Under the pieces are notes generated by a model. That model searched no databases and was not told the origin of the DNA. It worked only from the letters and a program-made list of their open reading frames with translations. A DNA stretch of 64,000 bases from an uncultured delta proteobacterium (lineage in GTDB: Bacteria; Myxococcota; Myxococcia; Myxococcales; Anaeromyxobacteraceae): positions 608,001-672,000 of the forward strand of contig CAWFDF010000008.1 of NCBI GenBank assembly GCA_963814585.1. Reading direction: 5' to 3'. A program made the translations under genes and the position numbers. Positions 10,414 through 19,481 of the stretch are shown one piece after another. Positions within the stretch are counted from its first letter, which is position 1; every line of letters begins with the position of its first letter.

Positions 10414-10836
10414 TCAGCGCACGGGAGCGGGGGAGGCGTCGTGGACGGTCACCCAGCGCCCCAGGCTCCGGTCCTCGCCGCCGATGTGCTCGCGCAGCCA
10501 GGCCTCCAGCCAGAGGTGCAGCGATTCGGCCACCTCGGCGGTGGGCCCGTGGCGGCGGTACTGCACGGTCACCCGGTGGAGCCGATCGGCGAAGTCCCGG
10601 TGGGCCTCGCGGTGCCCCTCCAGCGACGGGAACTCGGCCCGGCGCATCCACCGCTCCTCGAACTCGAAGTGGGAGAGGACGAAGTCGCGGAACGAGGCGA
10701 GCATCTGCTCGGCGAAGGCCGGCTCCCCCTGGAGCATGGCGTGGTGGAGCCGCTCGCCGCGCCGGAAGAGCTCGCGGTGCTGGTCGTCGATCTCGTCGAT
10801 CCCGAGCTCCAGGCTGTCTGTCCAGGCGAACGGCAT
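10414..10836 (-). CDS. Bacteriohemerythrin
   Basis: W.DSLELGIDEIDDQH, HF..EE..M, H...H..F and WLREHI...D di-iron ligands. Confidence 0.9.
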   Translation of the reverse strand: MPFAWTDSLELGIDEIDDQHRELFRRGERLHHAMLQGEPAFAEQMLASFRDFVLSHFEFEERWMRRAEFPSLEGHREAHRDFADRLHRVTVQYRRHGPTAEVAESLHLWLEAWLREHIGGEDRSLGRWVTVHDASPAPVR

Positions 10837-11037
10837 GCACGCTCCCCGCTGCAGGATGAGAGCACCGACGCCGCGGCGATCGCAAGGCCCCGGGTGGACG
10901 GCGGCGCGATGCCTCAGGGGCAGCTCCGCGGCCGGCGTAAGGGGGCGCTTACCGCGGTGCGACGGCCACGCCGCTCCCTGGTGCCCGGTGGTATCCTCCC
11001 CACCCCGGCGCCCCCAGGCCGCCGCCCACCGCCCCCG

Positions 11038-14000
11038 ATGACCGAACCCGCCGCCACCCCCCGCGAGATCCCCTTCAACTACACGTCCGCCGACGACCGC
11101 CAGGCCGTCACCTTCCTGCTGGGCGAGGAGGTCTGGACCAAGCTGGAGACGCTGCGCGGCCGGCGCGTCACTGGCCGCTCGGCGCGCCTGCTGATGCGGG
11201 TGCTGGGCGAGGTCCTGGTCCACCGCCGCAACGCCTTCCTGCTGCAGGAGCTGGTCGATTCGGCGCGCCGCCGCCGCCGCCTGCTCGAGAACATCGAGAA
11301 GGATCTCGCGGTCATCGACCGGAGCGCCGCCGGCGAGCCGCTGGTCCAGGAGGTGCTGGCCGCCTGCCGGACGCTGGTGACCCGCTTCCGCGCCGAGATC
11401 GACGGCCTCCCCGACCTGCGCCGCAGGATGGCGCGCGAGCTGGGGGCGGTCGTCGGCCGCAAGAACGTCCTCTTCGACCCGTTCACGCTGGTCTCCCACG
11501 CCACCGACGCCACCGACTGGCGGCTCCACCTCCCGGTGGCGGTGGTGATGCCGGACGACGAGGGGCAGGTGGCGCCGGCGCTGGCCGCCATCGCCCGGCT
11601 CGGCCTCAAGGCCATCCCTCGCGGAGCCGGCACCGGCCTCACCGGCGGCGCCGTGCCGCTGCGCGCCGACTGCGTGGTGGTCAACACCGAGAAGCTCAAC
11701 CGCATCCGCGGCCTCGGCCAGCGCGACGTGACCCTGCGCGACGGCACCACCGGCCGGGCCCATGTCCTGGAGGTGGAGGCGGGCGTCATCACCGAGAAGG
11801 CCATGGAGTTCGCCGCCGAGCGCGGCCTGGTCTTCGCCACCGATCCCACCAGCGCCTGGGCGTGCACGGTGGGCGGCAACATCGCCGAGAACGCCGGCGG
11901 CAAGGACTGCGTGCTGTGGGGCACCTGCATCGACAACCTGATCTCCTGGCGGATGGCCATGCCGAGCGGCCGGCGCTGGACGGTGCGGCGCGCCGACCAC
12001 CAGCTCCGCAAGATCCTCCCCGAGGACACGGTCACCTTCGAGGTGCTCGACGAGGCCGGGGCCGCGGTGAGGCGGATCGCCCTCTCCGGGGGCGAGATCC
12101 GCAAGAAGGGGCTGTGGAAGGACATCACCAACAAGGCGCTGGGCGGTGTCCCCGGGCTGCAGAAGGAGGGGACCGACGGCGTCATCACCTCCGCCGAGTT
12201 CATCCTCTACCCGGAGTACGAGGCGAAGCGGACCCTGTGCCTGGAGTTCTTCGGCGCCGACATGGAGGAGGCCAGCCAGGTCATCGTCGACCTCTCCCGC
12301 GCCTTCCCCTTCCCCAACCGGGGCCAGGAAGCGCTCATGGCGCTCGAGCACTTCGACGACGAGTACGTGCGGGCCATCGGCTACGAGGTCAAGGCGCCGC
12401 GGGCCGAGACGCCCCGAGGCGGTGCTCCTCATCGACGTGGTGGGCCACTCGGCGGCCGAGGCGGCGCGGGGGGTGGACACCATCCGCGCCATCCTCGCCC
12501 CGCACCCCAACACCCTGCTCTTCGAGGCCCGAGATCCGGCCGAGGCGAAGAAGTTCTGGGCCGACCGGAAGAAGCTGGGCGCCATCGCCCGGCGCACCAA
12601 CGCCTTCAAGATGAACGAGGACGTGGTGCTCCCGCTCTCCGCGCTGGCGGAGTTCGCCCGCTTCACCGACGCCCTCAACGTGGAGGAGGAGCGGTACGCG
12701 CAGGGGCGGTTCGTCGATCGCGCCGAGGCGCTGCTGCAGGCCGCCACCGCCGGGCAGGACGATCCGGAGTGGCTGCTGGCCAAGATCCCGGCCGCGCTGG
12801 CCCGCTGCCAGCAGGCCCGCGCCGAGCTCGCCGCCGCCGGCGTCCAGGTGCTCCGGGCGGTCGACGTGGTGGCCGACCTGCGCCACGACCTCGCCGAGCT
12901 GGTCCGTGGCTACCCCAAGCTCTCCGCCGGACTCGACCAGGTCCACAAGGAGGTCCGGGACCGCCGCATCGTCATCGCCACCCACATGCACGCCGGCGAC
13001 GGCAACGTCCACGTCAACGTGCCGGTCCTCTCCAACGACCGGCCCATGCTGGACCGGTGCGACCACGTCCTCGACACGGTGATGGCGCGGGTCATGGCGC
13101 TGGGCGGCGTGGTCTCGGGCGAGCACGGCATCGGCATCACCAAGCTCAAGTACCTCGAGCCCCGCCGCGTCGAGGAGCTCCGCGCCCACCGCCACCAGGT
13201 GGACCCGCACGGCCTGATGAACCCCGGCAAGCTCGACGACCTCGACGTGCTCGAGCGGGTCTTCACCCCGTCCTTCAACCTGCTCGAGCTGGAGGCGCGC
13301 ATCCTCCAGCACGGGCAGCTGGAGGAGCTGGCCCGGGCCATCGCCCACTGCGTCCGCTGCGGCAAGTGCAAGCCCGACTGCTGCGTCTACCACCCGGCGC
13401 GCGGCATGTTCTTCCACCCGCGCAACAAGAACCTGGCCATCGGCGCGCTCATCGAGGCGCTCCTCTACGACGCCCAGCGCGAGCGCTCCACGCGCTTCGA
13501 GCTGCTGGGCTGGCTGGAGGAGGTGGCGGACCACTGCACCATCTGCCACAAGTGCCTGAAGCCCTGCCCGGTCGACATCGACACTGGCGAGGTCTCGGTG
13601 CTGGAGCGCGGCATCCTCGGCGCCCTCGGCTACAAGCGGACCACCTTCGCCACCGCCGCCACGCTCCGCTACCTCGACAGCCGCTCGCCGGCGCTCAACG
13701 CCGCCTTCCGGGCCACGGTGCTGCGGCTCGGTGGGGCGGTGCAGCGGGCCGGCTGCGCCATGGTCGCGCCCATCCAGCCGGCCGACCACGCTCCCCGCTA
13801 CTACCCGCTGCAGCTGCTCCGCTCGCCGGTCCCGCCGGTGCCGGCCGAGACCCTCCACGATCTCCTGCCCGCCTGCGAGCCCGACCAGGTCCTGCTGCTG
13901 GAGCCGGAGGGCGAGGCGGCCCGCACCGTCTTCTACTTCCCCGGCTGCGGCTCGGAGCGCCTCCACAGCCAGATCTCCATGGCGGCGCTGCACGTCCTGC

Positions 14001-14671
14001 TCTCCACCGGCACCCGCGTGGTGCTGCCGCCGCCCTTCCTCTGCTGCGGCTTCCCCCACCACGCCAACGCCAGGGAACACCAGCACTCGCGGATGGTGCT
14101 GCGCGACACCATCCTCTTCAGCCAGATCCGCGAGATGTTCTCCTACCTGCAGTTCGACGCCTGCGTGATCACCTGCGGCACCTGCCGGGAGGGGCTCGAG
14201 CAGATGGGGGCGGCGACGATCTTCGGCGGGCGCCTGGTGGACGTGGCGGCCTTCGCGGCCGAAGGCGGACTCCGGGTGGAGGGCGGCGGCGACTACCTCT
14301 ACCACCCCCCCTGCCACGACTCCCTCGACGGCAGGGCCGGCGAGCTGATCACCCGGCTCGGCGGCTTCACCACGGTGAAGCCGGTCGGCCACTGCTGCTC
14401 CGAGGCCGGCACGCTCGCCCTCTCCCGCCCCGACATCACCGACGCCATGCTCCACCGCAAGCGCGAGGCCCTGGCGGAGGCCATGCACGGTCAGCCGAGC
14501 GCCACCATCCTCACCAACTGCCCATCCTGCGTGCAGGGGCTGGGGCGGAACCTGCCGCTCGGCGTCACACCACAGCACCTGGTGGTGGCGCTGGCGGAGC
14601 GGCTCTCCGGCGCCGGCTGGCAGGAGCGCTTCCGCGTCCAGGTGGCCGGGGCCCGGGCCGTCCAGTTCTAG
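11038..14671 (+). CDS. Large FAD-linked oxidoreductase with Fe-S and CCG domains (DUF3683/GlcD-GlcF-like fusion); one frameshift ~12412
   Basis: REIPFNYTS N-terminus, IPRGAGTGLTGGA, TVGGNIAENAGG, HAGDGNVH, SGEHGIG, two CxxCxxCxxxC motifs, YFPGC, CCG, HPPCH, CCSEAG, TNCPSC. Confidence 0.85.
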
Positions 14672-14693
14672 GTCGCCGGCCTCGCGACCACCC

Positions 14694-16079
14694 TCACCCG
14701 CCGCCGAGGACGAGCGGCACCTCGTGGTGGTACGGATCGCCCTGGAACCTCGGGAAGATCATGAGCCGCGCCGCGCTCTTCAGGCACTGGCCCATCTCGG
14801 TGGTGTTGAGCGCCTGGTCGTCCAGCGTCGGGTAGGTGACGGTGCCGTTGGTGTTGATGGTGATGCGGAGCGCCACCCGGCGGCCGTCGAGCTTCACGCC
14901 GGAGGTGCTGGCGCTGGCGATGCATGCGCTGAAGGCCCTCCGGTTGGCCCCCACCACCCGGTCCACCACCTCCGGCGTCAACGCCGCCGAGGCGTCCGGC
15001 AGGTCGGGCTGGCGTGGCTCGCTGCGCGGCTCCATGACCTCCGGTGCCGGAGGCGGCTCCGGGGGCGGCGCCGGCTTCCTCTCCGCCACCCTGGGCTCTG
15101 GCGCCCGCTCTGGCCTCCGTTCGGGCGCCCTGGCCCTGGGCTCCGGCCTGGGCTCGGGACTCCTCTCCTCCTCCCTGGGTGCGGGCGCACTCCCGGCCGC
15201 CGGCCCCGGCGCGGCGAGCCTGGTCTCGGCTTCCGGCGGCCTGGGTGGCTCGGGGGCGGGCGCGGCCACCGGTACGACCGCCACCGACGGTGCTGGCGCT
15301 GGGGTGCCTCCCGTTCCTCGCAGCGCGTAGGCGGCGATCCCGACGAGGGCCAGCAGCCCCAGGCCGATGATGGCGAGGGGCACGGGACCCAGGCCGCTCT
15401 TCGGCGGCCTGGCCCGGGGCGGCGCCGGCCTGGCCGGCCGCGGCGCGGGCGGCGGGGGCGGCGCGGCGATCGGCGTCGCGCCCGACCAGGAGTCCGGGAG
15501 CGAGGCGCGGGCCGCCGCGGCGAAGGTGTCCTCCACCGGGCTCCTCGCGCCGCCCCCGGGATCGAGGAAGCCAGCGCCACCGGCCTGCCCGGCGGCCCCG
15601 CCGATCGGCCCTTCCATCGCCTCGGCGGCGGCGGCGGCGAAGTCCGCGAGCTCGTCCTTGTCGGGCGATGGCGGCGTCAGCGCGGGGTCCAGCAGCTGCG
15701 GCGTGGCCCCGGGCGCCTCGCCGGCCCGGGTCGGTGGCCCCTGGAACTCGGGCCCCTGGGCGCCGGCGGCGGAGTCGACGGCCATGGCCACTTCGGGCGG
15801 CAAGGGCAGCGGCTCGCCGGGCGGCACCGGCTGGAGCGGCACGATGGCGTCCTCGGAGATTGGCTCGGGCCACCCTGCCGGAGGAGGAGTCAGGGCCGGC
15901 TCCAGCGACAGCGTGGCCGAGGCGGCGGCGACGACCGGGATGCCGGTCTCGGTCCCGGCCTGACCCCTCACGGCGATGAGGTGGCCGCAGGCCCTGCACT
16001 TCAGCCTGTAGAGCTTGCCAGGCGCCGGATCTCCCGCGGTGGCGTACTTCTTCCCGCACCGGTCGCAGACGAATTTCAT
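14694..16079 (-). CDS. Zinc-ribbon / Pro-rich / TM / AgmX-PglI-like C-terminal domain protein
   Basis: MKFVCDRCGKKY...CRACG zinc ribbon, low-complexity linker, one TM helix, C-terminal TonB_C-like domain with Cys pair (FSAC...GQCL...FPRF). Confidence 0.75.
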   Translation of the reverse strand: MKFVCDRCGKKYATAGDPAPGKLYRLKCRACGHLIAVRGQAGTETGIPVVAAASATLSLEPALTPPPAGWPEPISEDAIVPLQPVPPGEPLPLPPEVAMAVDSAAGAQGPEFQGPPTRAGEAPGATPQLLDPALTPPSPDKDELADFAAAAAEAMEGPIGGAAGQAGGAGFLDPGGGARSPVEDTFAAAARASLPDSWSGATPIAAPPPPPAPRPARPAPPRARPPKSGLGPVPLAIIGLGLLALVGIAAYALRGTGGTPAPAPSVAVVPVAAPAPEPPRPPEAETRLAAPGPAAGSAPAPREEERSPEPRPEPRARAPERRPERAPEPRVAERKPAPPPEPPPAPEVMEPRSEPRQPDLPDASAALTPEVVDRVVGANRRAFSACIASASTSGVKLDGRRVALRITINTNGTVTYPTLDDQALNTTEMGQCLKSAARLMIFPRFQGDPYHHEVPLVLGGG

Positions 16080-16186
16080 CCCCGGAGCGTACTGTCGCGC
16101 TCGCCGCCAGCGCAAGGATTCGCGAGGAACCCGGGCCCTCGTCCTCGAGGCCAGGCGCCAGTCCGTGGGGCAGGTAGAGTGCGGCC

Positions 16187-16945
16187 ATGGTCGCCTCGCC
16201 TCGCCTGGTCACGCCCGCCCTCCTGGCCGTCCTCGGCATGCTCCTCGCCATCGCCCCGCGGGCGGCGTCGGCTGTCGCGAAGCGGGCAGGCCTCCCCGGC
16301 CGTGTCGTGCTCGACGGGCAGCCGACCGAGGTGCGCTGGACCGACGGGGACTCCTTCCAGGTGGAGTCGGGGCCGCTCCGGGGCTTCGGCGCGAGGCTGC
16401 AGGGCTACAACACGCTCGAGGCCTACGGGCCGGTCCACCGCATCGCCGGGATGGGACCGGTGGCCCTGGAGGAGGTCGCCACCTCGACGGCGGCCCTGCT
16501 GGCCGGATCGATCTGGACCTGCGCGACCGAAGGGAAGCGGGACGGCTATGGCCGCGCCCTGGTGGCGTGCGCCGATGCCGCGGCGGCGCTGGTCCGCGCC
16601 GGCCATGCCATGGTCTTCGCCGTCGAGACCCGCCCCGACCCCTCCCTGCTGGCGCTGCAGCGGGAGGCGCAGGCGGCGAGGCGAGGCCTATGGGGAGGCG
16701 GCGTTCCGTCCGAGATCGTCACCAGCCTCCACTCGGCCGGGGAGCAGGCCCTGAAGGGGAAGCCACCCTACGATCGGCTGGTCGACACGCGAACCGGCGT
16801 GACCCGGCTGCGGCACCACCGGTCGAGCTACCGGACCTGCGAGGAGGTCTGCGTGGGCGAGCCGCCGGGCCGCAGCTGCATGGTCTACGTGCCCTTCGAG
16901 CGACGCTACCGCGACCGTCCGCCCTGTCTCGGCCCGAAGCGCTGA
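16187..16945 (+). CDS. Secreted thermonuclease (SNase-like) family protein
   Basis: Signal peptide; DGDSF, RLQGYNTLE, DGYGRAL, LVRAGHA, AQAARRGLW. Confidence 0.8.
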   Translation: MVASPRLVTPALLAVLGMLLAIAPRAASAVAKRAGLPGRVVLDGQPTEVRWTDGDSFQVESGPLRGFGARLQGYNTLEAYGPVHRIAGMGPVALEEVATSTAALLAGSIWTCATEGKRDGYGRALVACADAAAALVRAGHAMVFAVETRPDPSLLALQREAQAARRGLWGGGVPSEIVTSLHSAGEQALKGKPPYDRLVDTRTGVTRLRHHRSSYRTCEEVCVGEPPGRSCMVYVPFERRYRDRPPCLGPKR

Positions 16946-18384
16946 AGGTAGGCGCGCAGCCGGTGCTTGCGGGCGGCGCTCTCGCTGCTCATGAAGCGGA
17001 CCGTCCCGAGGATGGGCCGCTCCGGACCCCAGGCCCGGTCGTGCCGGCCCAGGCACCAGAGCAGTCCGCTCGCCGAGTTCGGATCACGCCCGTCCAGGGC
17101 CCAGCGGTCGTTGAGGGCGAAGAGGGTGTCGAGCGCCTCCTGCGCATCCCGGCTCCACTCCAGGATCTTCTTGCCCCAGAGCATGCGGAGCCGGTTGTGG
17201 ATGGTGCCGGCCTCCAGCAGCTGCCGCTGCGCCGCATTCCAGAGCGGATCGTGGGTCTCGGCCGCCTCCAGCGCGCGGAGGGTGTAGCGGGGGTCGCGCG
17301 GGTCCGAGGCGTGGCGCCGCAGCGTGGCCAGCGCCCAGGCCGGCAGCGAGGAGAGCTCCCGGTGATCGGCGCGGAACGCCGCCCAGCCGAAGCCGAGCTC
17401 GCGCCAGGTGATCACCTGGTCCAGGAAGGCCTCCGCCGAGGGAGAAAGCCCCCACCAGCCCTGGCGCGCGCCGCCGGCCGTCCCGGCCAGCCGCCCGGGC
17501 GTCCAGCCCTCGCGGTCGAGCACCGCCGCCACCACCTCCTCGGCGGCGAGGTGGCCATGGTGGAGCCACGGCGAGAGCGCGCTGGTCCCGTCGAGGTCGG
17601 GCTCGTCGCGGTCGGCGAGGTAGCCGTCGATCGGACCAGCCAGGAAGGCTGCCAGCCGGGCCTCGGCCGCCGCGGAGCCCCCCAGGCCCACCGGGGCGAC
17701 CGCGTGGTCGATGGGGAGGCTGGCGAGCAGCCGCGCCGGCGCGGCCAGGTCGCGTGGCGTGCAGCCCGGCCAGCGCCGCTGGAGCTCGCGCGGAAGGCCC
17801 GGCGCCGGCGGGAGGCGGACCCGGGCCAGGGGATCGGCGGCGGGACGGCGCTCCAGCCACGGTGGCAGGTGGCGCTGCAGCTGGCGGCGGAAGAGGAAGG
17901 CGGTGAGGAACTCCCGACCCGAGAGCCGGAACGGGAAGACGGTGGCGGCGTCGACCGCCTCCAGCCGGACGTCCAGCCCCTGGCCGAGGGCGTCCACCGC
18001 CCGCGCCGGCTCCCCCGGGACGTCGTCGGTCACCACCGCAGACGCCCGCGGCGCCATCGCCCGCAGCAGGCCCTCCACCGCTCCCGGCTTCGAGCCCACC
18101 AGCGGGTGGTAGGTGACCGGCCTCCGCGCCAGCCGCCGCTGGTTCTCCGCCATTCCGCCCAGCACGAAGGCGTGGTGGCGATCCGACGCCCGGGGCTCGT
18201 CGCAGGCGATGGTCTCGAGGATCAGCAGCGGCGCCTCGAGCGATCGCGCCAGCTCGACGGCCCTGGCCAGGGCGTGGTTCCAGCGGATCCGCCGCTGGGC
18301 GTGCATCCAGTAGAGGACCGGTCCACGGCCGGCGTGGAGCGGCGCGGCGTTGACGGTCCTGATCCGCTCGGCCGGGACGCTCAC
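16906..18384 (-). CDS. Deoxyribodipyrimidine photolyase, class II-like
   Basis: VLYWM..QRR..WNHAL, SALSPWLHHG, THDPLWNAAQ, RMLWGKKILEW, LDGRDPN, HDRAW..ERPILG.VRFMS. Confidence 0.88.
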   Translation of the reverse strand: MSVPAERIRTVNAAPLHAGRGPVLYWMHAQRRIRWNHALARAVELARSLEAPLLILETIACDEPRASDRHHAFVLGGMAENQRRLARRPVTYHPLVGSKPGAVEGLLRAMAPRASAVVTDDVPGEPARAVDALGQGLDVRLEAVDAATVFPFRLSGREFLTAFLFRRQLQRHLPPWLERRPAADPLARVRLPPAPGLPRELQRRWPGCTPRDLAAPARLLASLPIDHAVAPVGLGGSAAAEARLAAFLAGPIDGYLADRDEPDLDGTSALSPWLHHGHLAAEEVVAAVLDREGWTPGRLAGTAGGARQGWWGLSPSAEAFLDQVITWRELGFGWAAFRADHRELSSLPAWALATLRRHASDPRDPRYTLRALEAAETHDPLWNAAQRQLLEAGTIHNRLRMLWGKKILEWSRDAQEALDTLFALNDRWALDGRDPNSASGLLWCLGRHDRAWGPERPILGTVRFMSSESAARKHRLRAYLQRFGPRQGGRSR

Positions 18385-18393
18385 CGGGCGGCC

Positions 18394-19356
18394 TCAGGCG
18401 TGATTGCGGAGCATCAGCTCGCGCGGATCGGGATCGAGGTAGGCCTGCCCGAGCAGGTAGCCGGCGCCGTGGCGCCGCGCCGCGGAGCGGATCAGGGTGA
18501 GGGGCACCACCAGCGGGACGTGGCCGCGCCCGAAGTCGGCGATGGCCTCCTCCAGCTCGCGCCGCTCCTCCCGCGACGCCTCCTTGAAGTAGCCGGCGGC
18601 GTGCTGGAGCACGTTGACGTGGCGGCCCCGGGTGGCCGGGACCGCCAGCGCCCCGAGGAGCAGGGCCGCGTAGGCCTCGCCCACCACGGCGAGCGGCTTC
18701 CCCTTCACGCCGGCCACCAGCCTCCCGAGCCTGCGGTAGCCCTCCGGGCTGTGGGCCAGCACCGCGAGCTTCTGGGCGGTGTGAAAGGCCACCAGGCCGC
18801 CGCGGGTCAGCCCCTCGCCCAGCAGCGCCTTCCAGCGAGCGTGGGCGAAGATCCGCTCGACGAAGCTCTCGCGCAGGAGGGGGTCGTGGAGGCGCCCCTC
18901 CTCCTCGATGGGCAGGAGCGGCAGCCGGGCGCGGAGCACGGCGACGAAGGCACCGACGCCGTCGCGCCTGGGCGGCCCGCCCTTCGTGCCGTGGACGCGG
19001 ACCCGCTCGAGGCCGCAGGAGGGCGAGTCCTTCTTGGTGACCCAGCCGTCGAGGCCGAGGTGGCCCAGCCGTTCCACCCGCCTCGTGGCGTACGCCGCCA
19101 TCCGCCCGGTCCAGTCCTCGCCGGTGCGCTCGGCCACCAGCAGCGGCGCCTCGCTCCTCCCGGTCAGCCGGATGGAGGGCCGCGGCACCGGCATCCCCAC
19201 CTCCACCTCCGGGCAGACCGGCACCCACTCCACCAGCGGGCCGAGCAGGTCGACGCAGAAGGGGTCGCGCTTGTGGCCGCCGTCGTAGCGGACGGGCTGG
19301 CCGAGCAGGCAGGCCGAGATGCCGAGGCGGGGGCGGGGGCGGGCGGACGTGGTCAT
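18394..19356 (-). CDS. DUF523 (TudS-like) + DUF1722 fusion, YbgA/RudS family
   Basis: GISACLLG..VRYDGGH, VCPEVE.G...PR, KKDSPSCG, EEEGRL.D..LRESF, N.LQH..GYFK, Q.YL.P.P.ELMLRNH. Confidence 0.92.
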   Translation of the reverse strand: MTTSARPRPRLGISACLLGQPVRYDGGHKRDPFCVDLLGPLVEWVPVCPEVEVGMPVPRPSIRLTGRSEAPLLVAERTGEDWTGRMAAYATRRVERLGHLGLDGWVTKKDSPSCGLERVRVHGTKGGPPRRDGVGAFVAVLRARLPLLPIEEEGRLHDPLLRESFVERIFAHARWKALLGEGLTRGGLVAFHTAQKLAVLAHSPEGYRRLGRLVAGVKGKPLAVVGEAYAALLLGALAVPATRGRHVNVLQHAAGYFKEASREERRELEEAIADFGRGHVPLVVPLTLIRSAARRHGAGYLLGQAYLDPDPRELMLRNHA

Positions 19357-19382
19357 TCGCGGAGCAGGATACCCGAGCCCGC

Positions 19383-19398
19383 CGCACGAACCGTGCCG
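19383..19398 (-). promoter_or_regulatory. Possible sigma54 -24/-12 promoter for the DUF523/photolyase operon
   Basis: Minus strand CGGCACGGTTCGTGCG has GG-N10-GC, 27 bp upstream of the ATG; chance matches are possible at this GC. Confidence 0.35.
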
Positions 19399-19424
19399 TG
19401 ATTCGCAGGCGGCCCGAACGCAAG

Positions 19425-19457
19425 CGGCCAGCCCCCCGGCACGGGCGGGGCTGGCCG
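19425..19457 (-). terminator. GC-rich hairpin downstream of the decaheme cytochrome gene
   Basis: CGGCCAGCCCC (19425-35) pairs with GGGGCTGGCCG (19447-57); weak U-tract. Confidence 0.55.
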
Positions 19458-19481
19458 AGTTGCGGAGGCGGGGCCTCCTGC

